A stretch of 34,082 bases of DNA. It comes from Fidelibacterota bacterium (lineage in GTDB: Bacteria > Fidelibacterota > Marinisomatia > SCGC-AAA003-L08 > D37C17). A model generated the notes under the pieces. It made no database searches. It was not told the DNA's origin and saw only the letters and a list, made by a program, of their open reading frames with translations. The stretch lies in NCBI GenBank assembly GCA_018671635.1, contig JABHHG010000152.1:1-34082 (forward strand), in the 5' to 3' direction. Below are positions 19,835 through 28,317 of the stretch, one piece after another. The translations under genes were made by a program, and so were the position numbers. Each line of letters begins with the position of its first letter. The stretch's first letter is position 1.

Positions 19835-19879
19835 TAGTTAGCATAGCTCATTCACTAGATCCGTTTAATTACCTCCTAA

Positions 19880-20242
19880 TTAAACTTTTGTATGCCAATA
19901 CGCAATTAGAATGAAAATGACTTGAAATGGTAATCTTCCCCAGGCAATTGCTGAAGATGTATTTAGTGCTTCACCATTCGTCTGAGCTAAATATATATTT
20001 GCAGGAAAAACAGCTATTAATAATAATATTAATCCCCAGCCTGCTATAAACCTTGTCTTGTCAAACAAGAGCAATATGCCTAAAATAATTTCGAATGCGC
20101 CACTTACATAGACGAGTTCTTTGTGTAAGGATAAATAAGGAGGCATAATTTTCATATACCATGCAGGATGTGTAAAATGTTTTATTCCAGCCAAGATATA
20201 AAAGAGGCTCATTACATAAATAGTAATTAGTTTAAATGACAT
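19880..20242 (-). CDS. DoxX-like membrane protein
   Basis: AGIKHF..P...IMPPYL, SGAFEI and AVFPANIY motifs. Confidence 0.85.
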   Translation of the reverse strand: MSFKLITIYVMSLFYILAGIKHFTHPAWYMKIMPPYLSLHKELVYVSGAFEIILGILLLFDKTRFIAGWGLILLLIAVFPANIYLAQTNGEALNTSSAIAWGRLPFQVIFILIAYWHTKV

Positions 20243-20362
20243 AGAAAATGATAATGCCCATTAATTCACCATGAAAGACTTTCCCCAGAGATATTCTTCT
20301 ATAGCCCCTAAATGACTACGTAATAATAGTTTTAAAAAAAATACTATTTATAAGCAAGTTTA

Positions 20363-20776
20363 CTATTGTGGGCTTTCAACTATAGTAAATGAATCAGAAT
20401 AAAATTTATCCTTTTTTATTTTTCCAGAAACATAGGCTACCTTAACAGCACTACACATTCCTTCTTCAGAATGAGGGTCACCATGTTCATGGAGACTACT
20501 TCCTTTAACTGGATATACTGTATCTCCAATCTTTATGGTTAAGCTACATCCTTTACTTCCTTTATACGCAAAATTACACATACCGCATGACGTAATAGCA
20601 AAACCTTCTATTTCCCCAGACTCAGGTATTGTAGTTAATAGCGAATTTGATTTTTTTAAAGTAGAATGTTTTACCTTGACTTGGCAAGATCCACAGCTAG
20701 CAAAAACAAAACTTGTTACAGAAATTAATATCATTAAAGATAATAATATATTTTTGTTATTTAAAGTACCCATCAT
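20363..20776 (-). CDS. Exported Cys/His-rich protein (DUF6370-like)
   Basis: Signal peptide; SCGSC, SCGMCNF, GCSL and HEHGDPHSEEGMCSA. Confidence 0.7.
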   Translation of the reverse strand: MMGTLNNKNILLSLMILISVTSFVFASCGSCQVKVKHSTLKKSNSLLTTIPESGEIEGFAITSCGMCNFAYKGSKGCSLTIKIGDTVYPVKGSSLHEHGDPHSEEGMCSAVKVAYVSGKIKKDKFYSDSFTIVESPQ

Positions 20777-20908
20777 TTAACTCCAATAATTAATTATGCT
20801 AATTTACAAATATAAATTGTCTATTAAAGAGGCTTTCTATTTTATTGTTGAAGAGAGAAAAAAGTAATTATTATTTATAAATTGTTAATTATTTGGTGAA
20901 AACAGGTA

Positions 20909-20936
20909 TTGGGAGTTGGGAATTTGGAATTGTGGG
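20909..20936. repeat. Degenerate heptamer tandem repeat
   Basis: TTGGGAG TTGGGAA TTTGGAA TTGTGGG in otherwise AT-rich intergenic DNA. Confidence 0.4.
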
Positions 20937-20960
20937 AAAAGAAACAATTGGTTCTATACT

Positions 20961-20990
20961 AAAAAAGGCCCTCAAGATGAGAGCCTTTCA
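20961..20990 (-). terminator. Rho-independent terminator after tRNA-Leu
   Basis: Minus strand AAAGGCTCTCA-TCT-TGAGGGCCTTTTTT hairpin followed by a U-tract. Confidence 0.8.
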
Positions 20991-20993
20991 ATG

Positions 20994-21075
20994 TGCCGCA
21001 AGAGGGGGTCGAACCCCCACGCCGTAAAGCACTGGTTCCTAAGACCAGCGTGTCTACCAATTCCACCATTGCGGC
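20994..21075 (-). tRNA. tRNA-Leu (anticodon TAG)
   Basis: GCCGCAATGGTGGAATTGGTAGACACGCTGGTCTTAGGAACCAGTGCTTTACGGCGTGGGGGTTCGACCCCCTCTTGCGGCA: acceptor stem, anticodon arm CTGGT-CTTAGGA-ACCAG, long variable arm, GTTCGA T-loop. CCA is not encoded. Confidence 0.97.
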
Positions 21076-21095
21076 AGGGTGGTAAATTTATATAA

Positions 21096-21809
21096 TTATG
21101 ATGTTTGGGACAAAGCCCGAATATGATTTTTCAACATTAAAGATTGAACAAAAACAGTGGTTGATAATCCCAGTACCGTAATCTTTTGCCATATTACATG
21201 AATCACCAAACCATTCCCCTCTTTTATAGGGGGACCCCAATTCAATAAATAGATATAATAACAGAGAATTGTCATAAAAACTGTATATATCCATACTGAC
21301 TTTTTACTCAATCCCACTTCATTTTTCATGATGGCCACAGAATGAAGTAACATGACCACTAAAAATAGTTGGAATCCAAATCTTACCACAAACATGTGGG
21401 CATCAGGATAATAATTATGAGGCGTAAATCCAACGCCCATAAATGCCAGTCCGCATAAAATACCGGCTAATGAGCCTACTTGTGACAAAATTTTACTTAA
21501 TTTACTTTTGTTTACAATGGCCGGCATGACTAAAAAGTACGCAATGAGCCCAGCACATACTAAGGTAGTTCCCATAACGAATAAGGTGGATGATAAAAAA
21601 TTCTGTGCTCCAGAATAAGTAATGGTTCTACCCAAATCACTAAGAAAATTATGAGTAATGCTATACCCTACTGTAGTATCATCACGATGGGTTGAACCGG
21701 GGTAACAATAGACGGCTAACAATAATACCACAATAAACGCGTAATAGGCAGTCAATGCAATATTGATCAATTGCTTTATGGTTGTGGATGTAAAACTCCA
21801 ACTGAACAT
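21096..21809 (-). CDS. Integral membrane protein (about 6 TM; DUF998/Frag1-like)
   Basis: YPG...GYSITHNFLSDLGRT and GVGFTP...AH motifs; several hydrophobic helices. Confidence 0.72.
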   Translation of the reverse strand: MFSWSFTSTTIKQLINIALTAYYAFIVVLLLAVYCYPGSTHRDDTTVGYSITHNFLSDLGRTITYSGAQNFLSSTLFVMGTTLVCAGLIAYFLVMPAIVNKSKLSKILSQVGSLAGILCGLAFMGVGFTPHNYYPDAHMFVVRFGFQLFLVVMLLHSVAIMKNEVGLSKKSVWIYTVFMTILCYYIYLLNWGPPIKEGNGLVIHVIWQKITVLGLSTTVFVQSLMLKNHIRALSQTS

Positions 21810-21834
21810 TTAATTTACCTTCTATAAAATATGA

Positions 21835-23352
21835 TTAATTTTCAGCCAAAATTACATTTAGTAACTGCACCACATCCAGAACATTCAACTGGCCATCACT
21901 ATTTAAATCACCATTGTAAAACTGATTATCATCTGGAAATTGTTGTTGTAATACAAATTGAACCAAGATGACCACATCCAAAACATTGATTTCATCGTCA
22001 TTATTTACATCTCCATTGGGGAGGCTGGACGATTCAAATGTATAGAATGGATTTACCACATTGGGATTCCCTGAATATCCTGAAGTGACCAATAAAAATT
22101 GAGACCCATTTGACGGTGGTGAAATCTGAAAAGAAGTCTCCTCGTTCTCAATTATTAAAGGGATGGATGATTCTAATGTATCTCCAGTAATAGTAAGGAC
22201 GTTAGTGGTGAACACAATCGGATTCGGTGTAAAAATATTCAAAGTGGTATCCACAGATGGTAACTCCAAAATATATGTAGAGCCCCACTCTGTTCGGATG
22301 TTCAAAATTTCGTCTGTGAGGGGTGTGGTGGTAGATGTACAATATTGATTAGCCTCCTCAAAATATCGATTTGGCATGGCTCTCCCCCCTGTAAAATATC
22401 GCCAAATTCCATATTCAGTATAAGCCTCAGAAAGAGTAACATCTACATTTTCTAAACCCTCAACGGCATCACTATATACTCGAAACATATCTACACCTTC
22501 TGTGGTAGCAGTAAGTCCATAATCATCCCACAAGGTTTTTATAATTGATGAATCGCCATAAGCCTCCACCAAAAACTTTAACCAAAGTGCGCCTCGATAT
22601 TGATACAAATCCGCACCTGAATTTAAATCATAATCAGGATAAGTAAGTGGTGTGGTCACATTGCAATTACCCAACATAGTCTGAAGGTGAACGGCGTTGG
22701 GGTACACTACATTTTCAATATATGATGCAGACTCTTCAAAAAACCACGCATTATATGAATATTCCCCAACTGAGCCTGTAGTAGATACGGCATAGGCTAT
22801 TTGAATAGCATGATGCAACTCATGAGCGATGGCATAATATCCCCATGAAGGATAATTCTCATGCATATTCGCCATTGTGGATAAAAATATGTAACTTGTT
22901 CTCCCTGCGGTATAAGGCTCAATATTATGGATTCTATCCGGAATTGCAAATCCGGGACCATGCGGGGTAAGATAAATGTCATAGCGAGAATCCCCTCCAA
23001 AATTTATACAGTGATTTGCATCTAACTCATCCGTAATTGATTCATCGCAATCGGGGGGAGGTAAAGTCCAGCCTCTTTGTTGCAATATGATGGCTGAGTA
23101 TTCAAATTCAATTAGTACCGATTCAGCATAAGTTACATTCGTTTGGGGATTCAACCACTCACCCTGATGATTAATTGAGTCATCTTCAGCAATCGTAAAA
23201 TGGACTCTAAAATGTGTGCTGTCAATAACCTCATGTTGTGAAAATATAACCCGATTATAATCACGAGTATTCTCTAATATACATGATAATGGCAATCTCT
23301 CAGCCTGAATGAACTGTGCTGAAATCAAGATAATTATTGCTATTCTATACAT
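21835..23352 (-). CDS. Secreted zinc metallopeptidase-like protein (HExxH; MXAN_6640-like) with C-terminal dockerin
   Basis: HFRVHF, GGDSRYDIYL, IAHELHHAIQ and WFFEESASY; C-terminal GDVNNDDEINVLDVV...GDLNSDGQLNVLDVV. ATG overlaps the upstream stop (TGATG). Confidence 0.82.
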   Translation of the reverse strand: MYRIAIIILISAQFIQAERLPLSCILENTRDYNRVIFSQHEVIDSTHFRVHFTIAEDDSINHQGEWLNPQTNVTYAESVLIEFEYSAIILQQRGWTLPPPDCDESITDELDANHCINFGGDSRYDIYLTPHGPGFAIPDRIHNIEPYTAGRTSYIFLSTMANMHENYPSWGYYAIAHELHHAIQIAYAVSTTGSVGEYSYNAWFFEESASYIENVVYPNAVHLQTMLGNCNVTTPLTYPDYDLNSGADLYQYRGALWLKFLVEAYGDSSIIKTLWDDYGLTATTEGVDMFRVYSDAVEGLENVDVTLSEAYTEYGIWRYFTGGRAMPNRYFEEANQYCTSTTTPLTDEILNIRTEWGSTYILELPSVDTTLNIFTPNPIVFTTNVLTITGDTLESSIPLIIENEETSFQISPPSNGSQFLLVTSGYSGNPNVVNPFYTFESSSLPNGDVNNDDEINVLDVVILVQFVLQQQFPDDNQFYNGDLNSDGQLNVLDVVQLLNVILAEN

Positions 23353-25264
23353 CACGTCCCTAAAATTAAATTTACTAATTGAACAATATCTAACACGTTT
23401 AAAATTTCATCTCCATACAAATCACTGGCATAAAATTCACACTCATCGGGGATGCTACTCCCCAATATATAATTCATTAAATTTACAATATCCAATACAT
23501 TGGTAACCGTGTCGTGGTTCACATCACCTACAGAATAATCCGTACAACTCCCAGATGTCAACTCATCCAAGACAGAATGCATCCACTCTGTATCAATTTC
23601 ATTATTGGCATATTTGAGGATACCCGATTGGTCTACAATAAAATCTCGTGGATAGGGTGAGCCATCATTAGGAAGGTAATAGTCTTGATATGTATCACCA
23701 CCTTGTACTCCACCCGAACTTCCTGGGTCAAATAAAATGGGAAATGTAAGGCTATTCTCCTCTACAAAATCATTAATTTGGTTTTGGTTGGATGTATTAA
23801 TTATGCCTAACACAATCACTTCATCCTGTGGATAAGACTGCCAAATAGTGGTTTCCATGTCCGATAACTCCGGACTACAAACGGGTCAGTTTGGTGCAAA
23901 AAAGGCAATAACGATAATTTTGCCGAGTTCATCAGAAAGGCTGAACGAGCCGGTTCCATTGGCTACATAATCTAATTCAAAGTCAATGGCAAGCTCACCA
24001 ATATTGGCACCATCTATATTGCCGTTAGTCTCACACATAACCAATGGCTCGTCTGCATCATTGGTATAAATTCGATATACCCCCGCAGAATTGAGTGAAC
24101 TTGCATAATAAATAATCTCTACTATTTGACTCTCACCTGGTTGAAGTTGGCTTAGTTCATTTACAATTTCAAAATGGGGGTTGGTCGTATAATCATCCTC
24201 AATAATCAAAATAGAGCCACCATTATTTATAACTTCAAGAGATAATGAATATGAATCCCCATCATTCACAAAGGGATAGTTTAGCTCGAGAGTATTCAGG
24301 TCAATATCTGCACTCGCAATTTCACCAAACTCAAATGCTTGAACCGATGCCCATTCAGCTGAATAAATAAAATTATCTTTGGAGGCAATGGCCATAGTAC
24401 GGTTACCCGTATTTTTGTACCCTACCCAATTCAGATTTGAACCATCCCATTCTAAAACATCCACATTATCCCAATCAGAAACCGCTAATTTACCATCAAA
24501 TGGTGAAATTCGATTGGCCATCGTATTAGTGTCAAAATTATCTAAAAAAATAGGCAATTCAGAATTTGATAAATCATAAATATTCACGCCATCAGAACCA
24601 ATGGCCACATACATGTATGAGTCAATTATGGCAATATCTTTTACAGAATTTGAGGTTTCAACCATATTAAGATAAGTGGGATTTTCAGTATTACTCACAT
24701 CATAAATTTTTATATTTAGGTCATCTGCAATATAGGCATATCCATTTTGGAGGCGAACTCCCCAGGCATTTTCAGAAGGAATAGTAGATAGTAAATCTAG
24801 ATTATTGGGGTTGGAAATATCGAAGAGGAGTACCCCATCTTCATGGGCGGCAACCGCAAGAAAGTTTCCATCAGCATCTAAATTTTCTAGAATAAGTCCG
24901 TTGGTACCATTCACACTCCCCAAATTCTGTGGATTTGAAGGATTAGAAATATTGACCACGTATAGTCCATTTGAAGCGGTGAAGTAAGCATAATCATTGA
25001 TGGCTTCAACACAATTGGCTTTTGTGCCTTGGCCCAATGTGAAATGGTCTAAATGTACAAGTGAGCCATTTCCAGAAATATCATAAAACTCAATACCCTG
25101 AACCATGGCCGAAATGATTAGCGTATAATGATTAGCGTATTGTCATAAACTTCCGCATCCAAAATATGATTGGCTTGGGGGTCATGGTAATCCGTTAATG
25201 ATAAATTCAGGGAAAAAACAACTGAACCCAACAAACCAACAATATATCCTCTTGATAACTCCAT
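23352..25264 (-). CDS. Predicted secreted selenoprotein: signal peptide, LVIVD repeats, Ig-like domain, AhpC/TlpA-type thioredoxin fold (UxxC) and dockerin; 5' end frameshifted by a 14-bp duplication
   Basis: ORFs 23886..25106 and 23352..23858 are in the same frame, joined by TGA plus 9 sense codons: FFAPN-U-PVCSPELSDMET. Removing one copy of the 25113-25140 duplication extends the frame to ATG 25264 (MELSRGYIVGLLGSVVFS), giving 632 aa. Confidence 0.85.
23859..23888 (-). promoter_or_regulatory. In-frame UGA with candidate bacterial SECIS hairpin
   Basis: mRNA UGA-CCCGUUUGUA-GUCCG-GAGUUAU-CGGAC: a 5-bp stem (6 with G-U) starts 11 nt after the UGA, with G at the start of the apical loop. Confidence 0.68.
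25113..25140. repeat. Exact 14-bp tandem duplication causing a frameshift
   Basis: AATGATTAGCGTAT twice; produces ...NTLII-IR-stop on the minus strand. Confidence 0.93.
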
Positions 25265-25268
25265 CTTC

Positions 25269-25529
25269 TCATCCTCTTACGAACCTGAATTTAACCCTTT
25301 TTTTGCCTAATCCAAAATGATTAGCATATCGGTATTTCAGCATCTTTTTTTCTTTTTTATTGAGAGAGTGATGGTGGTGGATTACAACCAATGCAACATC
25401 ATATTGCCATTGTAAATCGGCCCGAACGGACTTTTCTTTTATAATGATTTCAGAGTTATGACCGTGATGATGGTAATGGACTGCGCATCCTGAAAAAAGA
25501 ATGGCAGTGATTAAAATATATAACTTCAA
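25269..25529 (-). CDS. Small His-rich putative lipoprotein
   Basis: Lipobox-like LFSG-C followed by AVHYHHHGH and later IHHHH; strong AAGGAGG RBS before the TTG start. Confidence 0.68.
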   Translation of the reverse strand: MKLYILITAILFSGCAVHYHHHGHNSEIIIKEKSVRADLQWQYDVALVVIHHHHSLNKKEKKMLKYRYANHFGLGKKRVKFRFVRG

Positions 25530-25582
25530 AACAACCTCCTTATTTTTAGATATGACCTGAATGGAGGTTAAATGTTAACTAT

Positions 25583-26428
25583 TTATTTTAGTCCGATTTC
25601 TTGGAGACGCTCAAAAAGGTAGGTCCCTGCAGTATGTTCCATTGACAAAACCACATCATCCTTAGGATGTAAAAATAGAGGCATGGACATTCGCGCCACA
25701 TTTGATTTGTCACCTTCGGGATTTATCACACGATGGGTTGTAGAGGGAAAATAATTATTGGAGCACATTTGCAACATATCCCCAGTATTCACCGCAATAC
25801 TTCCAGGGTCACATTGAATATCATGCCAGTTTCCATCCACATCTTGGGCCTGCAATCCTGACTCTGTGCCAGCACATAAAACGGTGATAAGATTGATATC
25901 CTCATGAGCGGCCGCCCGAACCGCATTGGGTTTTTCACTCCCAGAAATGGCGGGGTAATTGATAATACGCAATAAATTTTGAGGGCTATCTTCTATCATT
26001 TTTTCTAATGGTATAGAAAAATTTGATGAAATTTCTATGGGGACTTCTTTCTCAATCCATTTTAGTAACTGACAGGCTAAATCAACTAATTGACTATATA
26101 ATTTTCGCGTCTTCGTTTCTAATAATTCTGGGCACCTCCCCCATGGGTAAATATGAAAAAACTCCTTTAAATCTTTCTCATCACTCCCTTTTGCGTTCTC
26201 ACTTTTAAAAGGAAAATATCCATCTTGTTTTACGTTATGAAATAGATAATTATGTTTTTGAGTTGAAATAAAAAAATTACTCCACATTGAATACACCTCA
26301 TTCACAAGATTCATATCAATGGGATGTTCATGTAATACTGCAAACCCCGTTTGTTGGAGGGATTTCACAAAGTGATGAGACGCATCAGATGATTGTAAAT
26401 CTACTGAACGAACATGGAGAGAATCCAT
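25583..26428 (-). CDS. 2-oxoglutarate/Fe(II)-dependent oxygenase, isopenicillin N synthase-like family
   Basis: AAAHEDINLIT (HxD), STTHRV (distal His) and RMSMPLFLHP (RxS). Confidence 0.92.
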   Translation of the reverse strand: MDSLHVRSVDLQSSDASHHFVKSLQQTGFAVLHEHPIDMNLVNEVYSMWSNFFISTQKHNYLFHNVKQDGYFPFKSENAKGSDEKDLKEFFHIYPWGRCPELLETKTRKLYSQLVDLACQLLKWIEKEVPIEISSNFSIPLEKMIEDSPQNLLRIINYPAISGSEKPNAVRAAAHEDINLITVLCAGTESGLQAQDVDGNWHDIQCDPGSIAVNTGDMLQMCSNNYFPSTTHRVINPEGDKSNVARMSMPLFLHPKDDVVLSMEHTAGTYLFERLQEIGLK

Positions 26429-26434
26429 TATTGC

Positions 26435-26620
26435 TTATGAAAGTTCGTTAGAGAATTTATTATCGTAGATATCTAAAACTTCACGTGATAAATAGGGTGG
26501 ATATTGACCGTTTCGTCGTGCTTTGATTTGATCACAAACTTTGTAAAAGTCAGTTTCTGTCTTGGCTTTATTTAACTTTGTAGTCTCTTCATCAGTTAGT
26601 TTCATTGGTTCTTGTGACAT
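26435..26620 (-). CDS. Small hypothetical protein
   Basis: 61 aa; AGGAG RBS; 6 nt upstream of the oxygenase gene. Confidence 0.65.
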   Translation of the reverse strand: MSQEPMKLTDEETTKLNKAKTETDFYKVCDQIKARRNGQYPPYLSREVLDIYDNKFSNELS

Positions 26621-26751
26621 GGAATCTATCTCCTAAATTAGCTTATAATTTACACGTCTTTCATATTTGAAAAATAGTGATATGATGTGAAAAGTTATTA
26701 ATTCCACCTCCATGATTGTCTTAAATTATCATACATTTAAAGGATGTAATT

Positions 26752-27066
26752 ATGACATTATCAGAACAAATACAAGACGATATAAAATCAAACTCTGTCA
26801 TTGTGTATATGAAGGGGACTAAGCTCATGCCCATGTGCGGATTTTCATCAACGATGGTGAATATTATGAATATGCATGGCGTTGAATACAAAGATGTAAA
26901 TGTGTTGGAAGACCCTGAAATTAGAGTTCAGCTCTCCGCATTTTCAAATTGGCCTACGATTCCACAGCTTTTCGTAAATGGTGAACTTGTGGGTGGATGC
27001 GATATTGCTATTGAACTTCACAATAGTGGTGAATTAGAAAAAATATTTGCAAACGCAGGAAAGTAG
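26752..27066 (+). CDS. grxD: Monothiol glutaredoxin Grx4
   Basis: YMKGT..PMCGFS, SNWPTIPQLFVNGELVGGCDI. Confidence 0.96.
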   Translation: MTLSEQIQDDIKSNSVIVYMKGTKLMPMCGFSSTMVNIMNMHGVEYKDVNVLEDPEIRVQLSAFSNWPTIPQLFVNGELVGGCDIAIELHNSGELEKIFANAGK

Positions 27067-27085
27067 AACGGTAAAAAATAGTTGT

Positions 27086-27114
27086 AAAAAAGCCCAGTAA
27101 AACTGGGCTTTTTT
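27086..27114. terminator. Bidirectional rho-independent terminator between grxD and sufS
   Basis: AAAAAAGCCCAGT-AAA-ACTGGGCTTTTTT perfect inverted repeat between convergent genes. Confidence 0.9.
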
Positions 27115-28312
27115 ATTTCAAAATCGAAACGGCTTTTTCAATTCCCTGAATCAGAATATCAATTTCTTCGGTGGTATTATACACATAAAAACTGGCTCTG
27201 GCTGAAGAAGTGATTCCAAATTTAGTTAATAGAGGTTGGGCACAATGATGTCCCACCCGAATACAGATATGTTGTTGGTCTAAGAGCTGTGCTAAATCGT
27301 GTGGATGGATACCCTCAATATTAAAACTGAGCACTGGACCTCTATCTTGGGCATGGCCATAAATGGTAACATTATCGATTTGAGATATTCTTTCGAGGGC
27401 ATATTCTTTCAGTAATTCACCATGTTGATAAATAGTATTTAATCCAATTTTATTAATATAATCAATGGCTGAACCCAGGCCAATCACTTGTGCAATATTG
27501 GGTGTTCCCGCTTCAAACTTCCACGGTAGTTCATTAAATGAAACTGCATCCATAGATACATCTTTAATCATTTCACCGCCCCCCAGGAATGGATCCATCT
27601 CATTCAGTACTTCTTGCTTACCGTATAACACACCAACCCCTGTCGGACCCATCATTTTATGACCTGAAAATGTGAAAAAGTCACAGTCCATATCTTGTAC
27701 ATCGATGGGTAAATGAGGTGTACTTTGGGCCCCATCCACCAATACTTTTGCACCCACTTCATGAGCACGGGAAATTATCGTTTCAACCGGATTCAATGTT
27801 CCCAACACATTAGATTGATGAATCACCGCCACCAATTTTGTATTCTTATTGATGTACTGAAGGGGATTTTCTAACTCACCATCTTCATTTACAGGAATAT
27901 ATTTTAAGGTTGCACCTGTAAATTTGGCCACCAATTGCCAAGGTACATTATTGCTGTGGTGCTCCATTTCAGTAATGAGAATTTCATCACCAGACTTTAG
28001 AAATTTTCGGCCCCAACTGTATGCAACCAAATTAATGGATTCCGTGGTGCCTTTTGTGAAAATGATTTCAGTTCTATCTTCAGCATTAATAAATGAGGTT
28101 ACTCTATCACGTACCGCTTCAAACTCTAATGTGGCCTTTTCTGCAATATGATAAATTCCTCGATGGATATTTGCATTATATTCTGAGTAATATTCGGAAA
28201 GTACATCTATAACAACTTGAGGTTTTTGTGTGGTGGCAGCACTATCTAAATAGACTAATGGTTTGCCATCAAATGTTTGATTTATTAGAGGAAAATCTTT
28301 ACGAATATCCAC
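27113..28312 (-). CDS. sufS: Cysteine desulfurase, SufS subfamily
   Basis: YLDSAATTQKP, MEHHSN, FSGHKMMGPTG, EAGTPN and RVGHHCAQP. Confidence 0.96.
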   Translation of the reverse strand: MDIRKDFPLINQTFDGKPLVYLDSAATTQKPQVVIDVLSEYYSEYNANIHRGIYHIAEKATLEFEAVRDRVTSFINAEDRTEIIFTKGTTESINLVAYSWGRKFLKSGDEILITEMEHHSNNVPWQLVAKFTGATLKYIPVNEDGELENPLQYINKNTKLVAVIHQSNVLGTLNPVETIISRAHEVGAKVLVDGAQSTPHLPIDVQDMDCDFFTFSGHKMMGPTGVGVLYGKQEVLNEMDPFLGGGEMIKDVSMDAVSFNELPWKFEAGTPNIAQVIGLGSAIDYINKIGLNTIYQHGELLKEYALERISQIDNVTIYGHAQDRGPVLSFNIEGIHPHDLAQLLDQQHICIRVGHHCAQPLLTKFGITSSARASFYVYNTTEEIDILIQGIEKAVSILK

Positions 28313-28317
28313 AGAGG

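Noticed and set aside
12923..21075. Integrative element inserted at tRNA-Leu
   Set aside because: No integrase or transposase, and I found no duplicated tRNA 3' end. The block looks accessory but cannot be called a mobile element.
23886..23888. TGA recoded genome-wide as Trp or Gly (code 4 or 25)
   Set aside because: TGA is a normal stop elsewhere (9351, 18423, 23352, 25269, 28856), Trp is encoded by TGG, and this TGA aligns with the catalytic Cys rather than the preceding Trp position.
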